Assembly (NCBI RefSeq): GCF_004010195.1
Contig: NC_057757.1
Location: 8,986,390-9,036,532, forward strand
Origin: Chiloscyllium plagiosum
Taxonomy: Eukaryota
Direction: 5' to 3'
Length of the DNA stretch: 50,143 bases
Under the pieces are notes generated by a model that was given only the letters and a program-made list of their open reading frames with translations, was not told the origin of the DNA and did not search any database. A program made the position numbers and the translations under genes. Shown here in pieces: positions 12,544 to 24,458 of this stretch; position 1 is the first letter of the stretch, and every line of letters starts with the position of its first letter.

Positions 12544-13888
12544 CTGTGGTAGACAAATGGGAAAAGAAACAACAAATTATTGATCAGAAATATCCCGTAC
12601 CCATTCCAGAGAGAAAGAACAAAGTTTTACCAACAAATTGCCATGCACTGTGTGACTGGGAGTGGTTGTGTGTAAATGAGTTTGAGTTTCAGACTTCAAC
12701 ATTCATTCCAGATTGTCTTCCAGCCCAGTCACTCATGAGATTATAGAGTTTAGATAGATATTGAGCTCACAGCCACTCCTAGGAGAGCAGAAGGAAGTTT
12801 ATGATTTCCTTTGGTTGCATGGTAAGGTATAGAACCCCATTAGATTCCTCAATCCCAAGTCAGTGATAGGACTAGCAATTGGACTGTGAATAATCCAAAC
12901 TCTCCCCTTCTCCAGAGAAACAGTTATCCCCTGATCCTGTCATTTGACTTAATCCTGATCAGAGCCATGGCAGGATTATAAAACAGGTCACCAGGACCTT
13001 GTGAGATTTCAAACACAACTACACCATGTATCTTAAACAAGGGCAGTACAGCAGAGCATGCAGGACTCCCTTCATGACAATGTGGGAGTTTTAGGTTTAC
13101 TGTGATATTTACACTGTTAATCTATCCACCAACATCTCAATGTGGAGGGAGCCGGAGGGCAATCTGTCAACATTTCAATCTCCTGACCAAAGAGTGTGAG
13201 GAGGAGAGAATTTCCGGAAGCGATTGTCGATGAAACTTTACAAATCAGAACAAGGCGCAAATTCTTCAAATCCTTTGCTTTGCCAAAATAAAAGATCAAT
13301 CTGAGATTGAAAATTTCCAAATGATGCAGCATCCATGGCTATGTGTCTGTGCACAGAAGAGCTTTCTGACATCTCTCCTGGACGCTCTCTGCCCCATTCA
13401 CAGACTATGATCCTTTGTTCGAAATCTGCAACCATTAGACACAGTTCATGTTTTCCTTTAAATATTTTGTTGGACTTCACTCAGATCATCTCTTAACCTT
13501 CAAAATTCTCGACCAACCTGGCTTCATTTATGAAATGAAATAAGAAGAAGCGCAGCAGGTTTGGAGCATCTGTGGGAGAGAGCACAGAGATTGGGTCAAG
13601 TGTCCCTTGAACTAACCTGCCTGATCTCTCCTCATACCTTGAAGCCATAACAAACTGGAACAGATGACACAACACTTAAATCAGAAAATGCTGCTGCAGC
13701 AGTGAAGTTGGGAGTCTCTGTCAGTGCAGGATTGTACTGAGAATACTGCTCAGTGAATTGCTGTCACTGTCCCGGGGTCTGGATAAGGCTGACCAGTCAG
13801 TGAGCTGGAGGTGTTATTGTTCAAACGGTAAAACCAGAGAGCAGATCAACAGCAGATTAAGACAAGTTCAATTGTCATAGCGCCATAC

Positions 13889-13955
13889 CTGGGATGCCAG
13901 TAACAGCAAGGATGGTGTAGAACACCTTCTGCACGTGATCAATTGGTTGATGCAT
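13889..13955 (-). pseudogene. GPR139-like GPCR copy A, exon 1
   Basis: ATG at 13955, MHQPIDHVQKVFYTILAVTGIP + G, donor CAG|GTATG; 67 nt, phase-1 intron; homologous to exon 1 of copies B and C. Confidence 0.85.
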
Positions 13956-14010
13956 TTTCCTGTGTGAGGTGATCTGTCCCTTCGGGTAGCTGACAAGCTC
14001 CTCATTTCAA

Positions 14011-14235
14011 ACTCTGAGCTGATGCATTCCCAGAGACGCTGCCTTATACTGTGTGGAAGCTCCTTGGGGAGATCGTGGTGACAGCATTACTCGGCTTTGT
14101 TGCTGTTTTTCACATTTCTGGAAATGAACAAACCCATTACAATAACAAGTGTAATCCTGATTACAGAGGGGGGTTACATGATAATGAAATAACAAAAGCA
14201 GAATCTGGAATCTGCCAGCAATAACGCTGTCCACT
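14011..14235 (-). promoter_or_regulatory. Putative proximal promoter of GPCR copy A
   Basis: 4 mismatches in 225 nt versus 47268-47492. TATAAG at 14043-14048 (minus), O/E-like TCCCCAAGGA 14061-14070 and TTCCCAGAGA 14027-14036, palindrome TGTAATC-CT-GATTACA 14150-14165. Function is inferred. Confidence 0.55.
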
Positions 14236-14659
14236 AAAACACCATGAGCCCGATCCCGAGATCACACACTATTTCATGATGTGAAGGTGCTGGTGTGTGA
14301 CTGGGGTGGACACGTTCAACCTGTTGGACTAGAACCTGGTGTTGTGTGATTTTTGACAAGTTATTTCAACTGATGCTTCATCGAGACAGTTCATTCCAAG
14401 TGTGAAAATATGTCTCCGAGCTGTCCTTCTGTACTCGAGGGTCGGAGCAGCTCTCTTTAAACAAGAACGTTTCACTCACTGAGTGAAATGTGATTCTTCT
14501 CACACAATGAATGTGAACATCACTGCGAGGTCAGCATTTATTCTCCATTCCCAATTTTCCAGGACCTGGAGTCATATGAAGGTCCATGTAAGGACAACAT
14601 ACTGCCTTTCCTGAGGGAAGGGGTCTCAGTGAACAAGATGGACCTCCAACAATGGGACG

Positions 14660-15890
14660 TCAGTGACCTCCCACATACTGTTAATCTCCATCAGGTACAT
14701 TACTGACCTCCCCTTTACTGTCACTGTCCATCCAGATATATCACTGACATCCCCCTTACTGTTACTGTCCATCAGATACATCACTGACATCCCCCTTACT
14801 GTTACTTCCATCAGATTCATCACTGACCTCCCCTTACTGTCACTGTCCATCAGATATATCACTGACCTCCCCTTACTGTCACTGTCCATCAGATACATCA
14901 CTGACCACCCCCTTACTGTTACTCTCCATCAGATACATCACTGACCTCCCCCTTCCTGACACTGTCTATCCAGATACATCACTAGACCTGCCCCTTACTG
15001 TTACTTTCCATCAGATACATCACTGACATCCCTCTTCCTGTCACTGTGCATCAGATACATCGCTGACCTCCCCCTTACTGTCACTGTCTTTCCAGATACA
15101 TCACTGACTTCCACCTTACTGTCACTGTCCATCCAGATATATCACTGACCTCCACCTTACAGTCACTGTCCCATCAGATACATCACTGACCTCCACCTTA
15201 CTCTGACTCTACATCAGATACATCACTGACCTCCTCCTTCCTGTCACTGTCCATCCAGATATATCACTGACCTCCACCTTTACTGTCACTGTCCATCAGA
15301 TACATCCCTTACCTCCCCCTTACTGTCACTGTCCGTCAGATACATCACTGGCCTCCCCTTTTAATGTCACTGTCTATCCAGATACATCACTGACCTCCCC
15401 ATTACTGCCACTGTCCATCTAGATATATCACTGACCTCCACCTTACTGTCACTGTCCATCCAGATACATCACTGACCTCCCCCTTATTTTCACTGTCCAT
15501 CCAGATACATCACTGACCTCCCACTTAATGCCATTGTCCGTACAGACACATCACTGACCTCCCCCTTTGCTGTCACTGTCCATCCAGATACATCACTGAC
15601 CTCCACCTTACTGTCACTGTCCATCAGATATATCACTGACCTCCCCCTTTACTGACATTGTCCATCAGATACATCACTGGCCTCCCCCTTACTGTCACTG
15701 TCTATCAGATACATCACTGACCTCCCCCTTACTCTCACTGTCCATCTGGATATAGCACTGACCTCCCCCTTACTGTCACTGTCCATCAGATACATCTTTG
15801 GCCTCCACCGTACTGTCACTGTCCATCCAGATACATCACTGACCTCCCCCTTACTGTCCCTGTCCATCCAGATACATCCCTGACCTCCCG
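14660..15890. repeat. ~39-41 bp minisatellite, about 30 units
   Basis: Unit CATCACTGACCTCCCCCTTACTGTCACTGTCCATC(C)AGATA, visible directly. Confidence 0.95.
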
Positions 15891-16240
15891 CTGATCATTG
15901 CAGCTAAAGCAGCTAACAAGGAAGGCAAATGGGGTTTTTACATTTATTATAAACAGAATAGAGTATAAAGATCAGGGAGTGTTGCTGCAAGTATAGAAGG
16001 GAGGAGAACAATCTCAGCTGGAGTTTTGCAATCAATTTTGGGATAGAATTGCTTTAGAGACAGCGTGGAAGATCATGAGATAATTTCAGAGATGAAGATG
16101 TTGTCCAATTCCTCCTTGAAACAAGTTCGACAACTCCAACGGAAATGATCAGGAAACATGTGACAATATCCTTTAATTACAGGCATGCTATCTGTAATCT
16201 ACTGGTGCTTTAAGTCCTGAGTCGCTTGGAGATATACACA

Positions 16241-16505
16241 GTCTCTCGCTCTCTCCCTCTGCGTCTCTCTCTCTCTCTGTCTCTCTCTCTCTGTCTTTCT
16301 GTCTATCTGGCTCTGTCTCTGTCTGTCTGGCCCTCTCTCTCTCTCTCAATCTGCCTCTCTCACTGTCTCTCTCTGTCTCTATCTGTCTTTCTCTCATTCT
16401 CTGTCTCTCTGACTCTCTCTCTCTCCCTTTCTCTATGTGTGTGTCTCTCTCTCTGTCTCTGGGTCTGTGAAGCTGGTTTCTCTCTCCCTCACTCTCTCTC
16501 TGGGT
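16241..16505. repeat. (CT)n-rich microsatellite
   Basis: Degenerate CT/CTGT run; paralog at 36176-36455. Confidence 0.9.
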
Positions 16506-16711
16506 GATCAGCTGGTCTCTGGTTGGTCAGCTGGTCTCTGAGTCTTGCCGTGCTGGTCTCCTCAGAACTCCTCCAGAAAATGTAAGAAAACTGTCTGCAG
16601 GTGAACCCTGTGTTTGTGCCTTGGTCGATGGTTTTTCATAACGTTTTATAGTTCGGACCAATCCGGAGTATCCATTAATCGTCTGAAACACTGTCAATCA
16701 TAGACATAGAT

Positions 16712-17321
16712 GAGATTGGTCCCGAGGGAAAAGTGCGAAACTGGGCCAAGGCCAATTATATCAAAATTTGACAGGAGCTGGGAAATGAGGATTGGAATCA
16801 GCTATTTGAAGGGAAGTCCACATTTGCTGTGTGCGAGGCTTTCAAAGATAGGTTGAAGATAGTGTTGGATAGGCATGCCCCTTTGAAAACAAAGGATAGA
16901 AAAGACAAGATTCCTGAACTGTGGATGATAGGAGAAATGGTACGACTAGCCAAGAGGAAATGGAAAGCTTACATAAGGTCCAGGCAGCAAACAACAGAAT
17001 GGGCCTTGGAGGAATATCAGGAGGGTGGGACCAATCTTAAACGAGGAATCAAGTTGGCTAAAAGTGCTCATGAAATAACTTGAGCGAGCAAAATTAAGGA
17101 GATTCCCAAGGCCTTTTCTTCATGTATAAGAAGCAAGAGGGTATCTGGAGAAAGAGTTGATCCACTAAAGCAAAAGGAAGGAAGGTTGTGGAAATGGGTG
17201 AGATTCTCCATGATTACTTTGTATCAGTATTCAATGAGGAGAGGGATATGATGAATTTTGAGATTAAAGGTAGAAGTTTACTTACTCTGGATCACGTTAA
17301 CGTAAGGAGGGAAAAAGCGTT
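16712..17321 (+). mobile_element. CR1-like LINE ORF2 fragment (post-endonuclease), truncated by deletion
   Basis: Matches 36672-37285, where the element continues through RT. Here it jumps directly to the pyrimidine-rich repeat. Confidence 0.8.
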
Positions 17322-17324
17322 GTG

Positions 17325-18400
17325 CACCCACCCACCCCCACACTCCCCACCCACCCCCACCGGTCCCTCTTCTTTCCCCTTCCGCACACTCTCCATTCCC
17401 CCATTCCCACACTCTCTTCTCCCCCCAGACTCTCCTTTCTGACCCCACACTCTCCTTACCCCTCCCCACACTCTCCTTTCCCCCTCCCCACGCTCTCCTT
17501 TCCCCCTACCCATACTCTCAAATCCTCCCCCACANNNNNNNNNNNNNNNNNNNNNNNNNNNNNNNNNNNNNNNNNNNNNNNNNNNNNNNNNNNNNNNNNN
17601 NNNNNNNNNNNNNNNNNNNNNNNNNNNNNNNNNNNNNNNNNNNNNNNNNNNNNNNNNNNNNNNNNNNNNNNNNNNNNNNNNNNNNNNNNNNNNNNNNNNN
17701 NNNNNNNNNNNNNNNNNNNNNNNNNNNNNNNNNNNNNNNNNNNNNNNNNNNNNNNNNNNNNNNNNNNNNNNNNNNNNNNNNNNNNNNNNNNNNNNNNNNN
17801 NNNNNNNNNNNNNNNNNNNNNNNNNNNNNNNNNNNNNNNNNNNNNNNNNNNNNNNNNNNNNNNNNNNNNNNNNNNNNNNNNNNNNNNNNNNNNNNNNNNN
17901 NNNNNNNNNNNNNNNNNNNNNNNNNNNNNNNNNNNNNNNNNNNNNNNNNNNNNNNNNNNNNNNNNNNNNNNNNNNNNNNNNNNNNNNNNNNNNNNNNNNN
18001 NNNNNNNNNNNNNNNNNNNNNNNNNNNNNNNNNNNNNNNNNNNNNNNNNNNNNNNNNNNNNNNNNNNNNNNNNNNNNNNNNNNNNNNNNNNNNNNNNNNN
18101 NNNNNNNNNNNNNNNNNNNNNNNNNNNNNNNNNNNNNNNNNNNNNNNNNNNNNNNNNNNNNNNNNNNNNNNNNNNNNNNNNNNNNNNNNNNNNNNNNNNN
18201 NNNNNNNNNNNNNNNNNNNNNNNNNNNNNNNNNNNNNNNNNNNNNNNNNNNNNNNNNNNNNNNNNNNNNNNNNNNNNNNNNNNNNNNNNNNNNNNNNNNN
18301 NNNNNNNNNNNNNNNNATTTCATTTCCCCCAACCCTCTCTCTCCTTCCACCCTCTCTCTTCTTTCCCCCTCCCCATCCTCTCCTTCCCCCTCCCCAGGCT
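17325..18400. repeat. C/T-rich low-complexity tandem repeat spanning an assembly gap
   Basis: CTCTCCTTTCCCCCTCCCCACA-like units flanking N 17535-18316; equivalents at 23670-23849 and 39060-39560. Confidence 0.85.
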
Positions 18401-18407
18401 GTCCTTT

Positions 18408-21297
18408 CATAGAACATAGAACAATACAGCATAGAACAGGCCCTAGCTTAACATTTGTCCTAGCTTAAGCACCCATCCATGTACCTATCAAAATGCCGCT
18501 TAAAGGTCACCAATGATTTTGACTCTGCCACTCCCACAGGCAACAAATTCCATGCCCCCACCACTCTCTGGGTAAAGAACCTACCCCTGACATCCCCCCT
18601 ATACCTTTCACCCTTCCCCATAAATTTATGTCCCCTTGTAACACTCTGTTGTACCCAGGGAAAAAGTTTCTGACTGTCTACTCTATCCATGACTCTGATC
18701 ATCTTATAAACCTCTATCAAGTCACCCCTCATCCTTCGCCGTTCCAATGAGAAAAGGCCTAGCACTCTCAACCTATCCTCGTACGACCTAGTCTCCACTC
18801 CAGGCAACATCCTGGTAAATCTCTTCTGCACCCTCTCCAAAGCTTCCACATCTTTCCTAAAGTGAGGCGACCAAAACTGCACACAGTACTCCAAATGTTG
18901 CCTGACAAAGGTCCTGCACAGCTGCAACATCACTTTATGACTCTTGAATTCAATCCCTCTGCTAATGAACGCTAATAAACCATATGCCTTCTTACAAGCT
19001 CTATCCACCTGAGTGGCAACTTTCAAAGATCTATGAACATAGACCCGAAGATCCCTCTGCTCCTCCACCTTACTATGAACCCTACCGTTAACCCTGTATT
19101 CCTAATTCATATTTGTCCTTCCAAAATGGACAACCTCTCACTTGACAGGGTTGAACTCCATCTGCCATTCCTCAGCCCAGCTCTGCATCATATCTAAGTC
19201 TCTTTGCAGCCGACAACAGCCCTGCTCACTATCCACAACTCCACCAATCTTCGTATCTTCTGCAAATTTACTGACCCACCCTTCGACTCCCTCTTCCAAG
19301 TCATTAATAAAAATTAGAAACAGCAGAGGACCCAGAACTGATCCCTGCGGAACTCCACTTGTAACTGGTCTCCAGGCTGTATATTTACCGTCTATCACCA
19401 CTCTCTGACTTCGACCGGTTAGCCAGTTTTCTATCCAACTGGCCAAGTTTCACTCTATCCCATGCCTCCTGACTTTCCACATAAGCCTACCATGGGGAAC
19501 CTTATCAAATGCCTTACTAAAATCCATGTACACTACATCCACTGCTGTACCCTCATCCACATGCTTGGTCACCTCCTCAAAGAATCCAATAAGACTTGTA
19601 AGGCAAGACCGACCCTTCACAAATGCGTGCTGACTGTCCCTAATCAAGCTGTGTCTTTCCAAATACTCGTAAATCCTATCCCTCAGTACCCCTTACATTA
19701 CTTTGCCTACCACCGAATTAAGACTAACTGGCCTGAAATTCACGGGGTTATCCCTATTCCCTTTTTTGTACAGGGCACAACATTCGCCACTCTCCAGTCC
19801 CCTGGTACCATCCCGGTTGACGGTGAAGACGAAAAGATCATTGCCTACTGCTCTGCAATTTCCTCTCTTGCTTCGCACATAATCCTCGGATATATCCCGT
19901 CAGGCCCGGGGGACTTGTCTATCCTCAAGTTGCTGAAAATGCCTAACACATCTTCCATCCTAACAAGTATCTCTTCTAGCTTACCAGTCAGTTTCACACT
20001 CTCGTCTTCAACAATACGGTCCCTATCGTTTGTAAATACTGAGGAAAAGTACTCATTCAAGACCTCTCGTATCTCTTCCGACTCAATACACAGTCTCCCA
20101 CTACTGTCCTTGATCGGACCTACCCTCGTTCTCGTCATTCTCATATTTCTCACATACGCATAAAATGTCTTGGGGTTATCCTTGATCCTATTTTTCATGC
20201 CTTCTCTTAGCTCTCCTAATCCCTTTATTCATCTCCCTTCTGGCTACCCTGTATCCCTCCAACGCTCTGTCTGAACCTTATTTCCTGAACCTTATGTAAG
20301 CCTTCTTCTTCAACCTTCCTCGTCAACCAAGGTTCCCTCACACGACCATCTCTTTCCTGCCTGACAGGTACATACATAGCAAGGACACGTCGTATCTGTA
20401 CCTTGAAAAAGTTCCACATTTCCACCACATCCTTCCCTGACAGGCTATGCTCCCAACGTATTCTCCTCTGCTCCTGTCTTACAGCATTGTATTTACCCTT
20501 CCCCCAATTGTAAAACCTACTCTGTTGAATGCACCTATCTCTCTCAATAAACAAGGTGAAAGTCACAGAAGTGTGGTCACCATCGCCGAAATGTTCACCC
20601 ACTAACAAGCCCATCACTTGTCCCGGTTCAGTACCAAGTATCAAATCCAATATGGCCTCCCCTCTGGTCGGACAATCTACACACTGAGTTAGAAAAGCTT
20701 CCTGGACACACTGCACAAACACTGCCCCATCCAATCTACTTGATCTAAAGAGCTTCCAATCAGTATTTGGGAAGTTGAAATCGCCCATGACTACTACCCT
20801 GTGGCTTCTGCACCTTTCCAAAATCTGTTTCCCGATCTATTTCTCCACATCTCTGCTGCTATTGGGAGGCTTATGGTAAACACCCAACAAGGTGACTGCT
20901 CCTTTCCTATTTCTGACTTCAGCCCATACTACCTCCAAAGGCAGATCCCCTCGCACTGCCTTTCTGCAGCCGTTATACCATTTCTAATTAGCAACCCCAC
21001 CCCCCTCCTTTTTTACCACCCTCCCTAATCTTACTGAAACATCTGAAACCAAGAACCTCCAACAACCATTCCTGTCCCTCTTCTATCCACATTTCCGTGA
21101 TGGCCACAACATCGTAATCCCAGGTACCGATCCACGCCTTAACTTCATCCCCCTTATTTCTGATACTCCTTGCGTTGAAGTATACACAATTGAATCCATC
21201 TCTGTGTCCGCAAGTATTCCCTGTCAGTGCTACTTTCTCCACAGCCTCCCTACATTCTTGGACATCCTGACAAACAGCTGGCCTACTTGCTGGACTG
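18408..21297 (-). mobile_element. CR1-like LINE, near-complete degenerate ORF2 (APE endonuclease + RT)
   Basis: CVYFNARSIRNK, YDVVAITE.W, VVMGDFNFP, TRGEAILDLIL, GDGDH, KSPGPDGIYPRI, DFSKAFDKVPH, PQGSVLGPLLF, through to the 3' tail. Confidence 0.93.
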
Positions 21298-21833
21298 AGT
21301 TTGATGATCAGCCATGGTCTTATGGGATAGCAGAGCAGGATGGAAGGGCTGAATAGCCTAGTCCTGTTGTTATATTCCAGTTTTCTATGTTTCGACAACA
21401 TTTTCAGGAATACAGTTTCAAACCCCCAAAACTGGTGGGGGTTTCTGCCTCTATGTGTCTCACAGGCGGTGGGTTTCAGATTCCCACCACCCTCATGTTT
21501 CAATCACATCCCCTTAAAAACTTCTGCTCCTTCTGTCATCTGAGAAAATGTCGGACAATCTGGGTCAGTATCCACTGAGGTTTAGAACAATCCAAGGCAA
21601 CATGATTGAAACACATAAAGTTCATGAGGATTCAGGATGGATGTGGAGAGGGTAGTATTTCCTCCGCGGGGAGAATGCAGAACTTGGGAGGTCATTGTTT
21701 CAAACTGAATCGTTGACCCTTTAACATAGAGACTCGGGGTTTGTTTTTCTCTCAGTGGGATTGTTTGCCTTTGAAACTGTATTCCTGAAAATGTTGTCGA
21801 AACATAGAAACCTGGAATATGGCAACAGGACTA

Positions 21834-22076
21834 AGGAGGCGCCCAGTCTCCCCAATGTAGAGGTGACCGCATCGGGAGCAACGGATACAATAGATGATAT
21901 TAGTGGATGTGCAGGTAAAACTTTGATGGATGTTGAAGGCTTCTTTAGGGCCTTGGATGGAGGTGAGGGAGGAGGTGTGGGCACAGGTTTTACAGTTCCT
22001 GCGGTGGCAGGGGAAAGTGCCAGGATGGGAGGGTGGGTCGTCGGGGGGCGTGGACCTGACCAGGTACTCACGGAGG
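21834..22076 (-). mobile_element. Penelope-like element, GIY-YIG endonuclease fragment
   Basis: GTFPCHRRNCKTC..FTCTSTNIIYCIRCSRCGHLYIGETGR; ends at a gap. Confidence 0.88.
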
Positions 22077-22576
22077 NNNNNNNNNNNNNNNNNNNNNNNN
22101 NNNNNNNNNNNNNNNNNNNNNNNNNNNNNNNNNNNNNNNNNNNNNNNNNNNNNNNNNNNNNNNNNNNNNNNNNNNNNNNNNNNNNNNNNNNNNNNNNNNN
22201 NNNNNNNNNNNNNNNNNNNNNNNNNNNNNNNNNNNNNNNNNNNNNNNNNNNNNNNNNNNNNNNNNNNNNNNNNNNNNNNNNNNNNNNNNNNNNNNNNNNN
22301 NNNNNNNNNNNNNNNNNNNNNNNNNNNNNNNNNNNNNNNNNNNNNNNNNNNNNNNNNNNNNNNNNNNNNNNNNNNNNNNNNNNNNNNNNNNNNNNNNNNN
22401 NNNNNNNNNNNNNNNNNNNNNNNNNNNNNNNNNNNNNNNNNNNNNNNNNNNNNNNNNNNNNNNNNNNNNNNNNNNNNNNNNNNNNNNNNNNNNNNNNNNN
22501 NNNNNNNNNNNNNNNNNNNNNNNNNNNNNNNNNNNNNNNNNNNNNNNNNNNNNNNNNNNNNNNNNNNNNNNNNNNN

Positions 22577-23490
22577 TGAAACGACAATTGGTGGAGGAGC
22601 AGAAAGCATCGGGGACTGTCAAAGAATACAAGAGAATATAGACAGACTGGAGAGTTGGGCGGAGAAGTCTCAGATGGTGTTCAATCCAGGCAAATATGAG
22701 GTGATGAATTTTGGGAAGTCTAATTCGAGAGCAAACTAGACTGTAAACAGAAGAGCCTTGGGAAAAGATGATGAGCAGAGAGATCTGGGAATTCAGGTCC
22801 ATTGTACCCTGAATTTGGCTGTCCATGTGGATAGAGTGGTCAAGAAGGCATATGGTATGCTTGCCTTCATTGGACAGGGTATTTAGTATAAGAGCTGGCA
22901 GGTCATTTTAAAATTACACAAGGCTTTGTTAGGACCGCGTTTACATTACTGTGTCCAGTTCTGGTCGCCACATTACCAAAAGGATGTGGACCCTTTGGAG
23001 AGGGTGCAGAGAGGGTTTACGAGGATGTTGCCTGGTATGGAAGGTGTGAGCTATGAAGTGAGGTTGATTGGGTAAGGATTGTTTCCATTAGAAAAAAGAG
23101 ATTGAGGGGGAACCTGATTGAGGTCTACAAAACCATGAAGGTTACAGACAGGGTGGATAGATATAAGCTTTTCCTCAAGGTGAGGGGGTCAATAACGAGA
23201 GGTCATGTGTTCAAGGTGAGAGGTGAAAGGTTTAAGGGGATGCACATGGAAAGTATTTTACACAGATGGAAGTAGGTGCCTGGAATGCGTTGCCAGCAGC
23301 GGTAGTATAGGCAGGCACGGTAGATTCATTTAAGATGCGTCAGGACAGTTGCAGGAGTAGGTGGGGAGCAGAGGGATCCAGATGCTTAGGAGTCGGGTGA
23401 CAGGTTTAGACAGTGGATTTGGATTGGCTCAGGCTTGGAGGGCTGAAGGGCATGTTCCTGGGCTGGAAATTTTCTTTGTTCTTTGTTCTT
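22577..23490 (+). mobile_element. CR1-like LINE 3' end (duplicated unit boundary)
   Basis: Near-identical to 37953-38860 and 330-1068, including the unique 3' flank. Confidence 0.9.
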
Positions 23491-24458
23491 GTTCGTTGTT
23501 TGGATGGCTTGTTCCTGTTGGTTTCTTTGTGTAGCACGATCCACTGCCTTTCTGTCTGGGCTCTCTTTTGTTTGATGGGTAAGTTGTTAGGGATATAGCT
23601 GTCCATGACCACCGATGTTTTAGCATCAAGGGGGCTGCAACATTTCACCTTCGCACACTGTACTCCCCACCCCCTCCCACCAGACCCTCTTCTTTCCCCC
23701 TCCCCACACACTCCATTCCCCACTTCCCACAGTGTCCTTTCCCCCCAAACTCTCCTTTCTGGCCCCACACTCTCCTTTACCCCTCCCCACACCCTCCTTT
23801 CCACTCCACACATTCTCCTTTCCCCCTCCCAACACGCCCCTGCCCCCCANNNNNNNNNNNNNNNNNNNNNNNNNNNNNNNNNNNNNNNNNNNNNNNNNNN
23901 NNNNNNNNNNNNNNNNNNNNNNNNNNNNNNNNNNNNNNNNNNNNNNNNNNNNNNNNNNNNNNNNNNNNNNNNNNNNNNNNNNNNNNNNNNNNNNNNNNNN
24001 NNNNNNNNNNNNNNNNNNNNNNNNNNNNNNNNNNNNNNNNNNNNNNNNNNNNNNNNNNNNNNNNNNNNNNNNNNNNNNNNNNNNNNNNNNNNNNNNNNNN
24101 NNNNNNNNNNNNNNNNNNNNNNNNNNNNNNNNNNNNNNNNNNNNNNNNNNNNNNNNNNNNNNNNNNNNNNNNNNNNNNNNNNNNNNNNNNNNNNNNNNNN
24201 NNNNNNNNNNNNNNNNNNNNNNNNNNNNNNNNNNNNNNNNNNNNNNNNNNNNNNNNNNNNNNNNNNNNNNNNNNNNNNNNNNNNNNNNNNNNNNNNNNNN
24301 NNNNNNNNNNNNNNNNNNNNNNNNNNNNNNNNNNNNNNNNNNNNNNNNNNNNNNNNNNNNNNNNNNNNNNNNNNNNNNNNNNNNNNNNNNNNNNNNNNNN
24401 NNNNNNNNNNNNNNNNNNNNNNNNNNNNNNNNNNNNNNNNNNNNNNNNNNNNNNNNNN

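Noticed and set aside
14626..15867. Repetitive ORFs (MYLMDSDSKGRSV...) and CRISPR-like appearance of the 40-bp array
   Set aside because: Head-to-tail minisatellite without unique spacers in a vertebrate genome; the ORFs are translations of the repeat.
16188..16507. RE-rich / SL-rich ORFs (also 35862-36460, 28155-28494, 43337-43775)
   Set aside because: Translations of CT or TG microsatellites.
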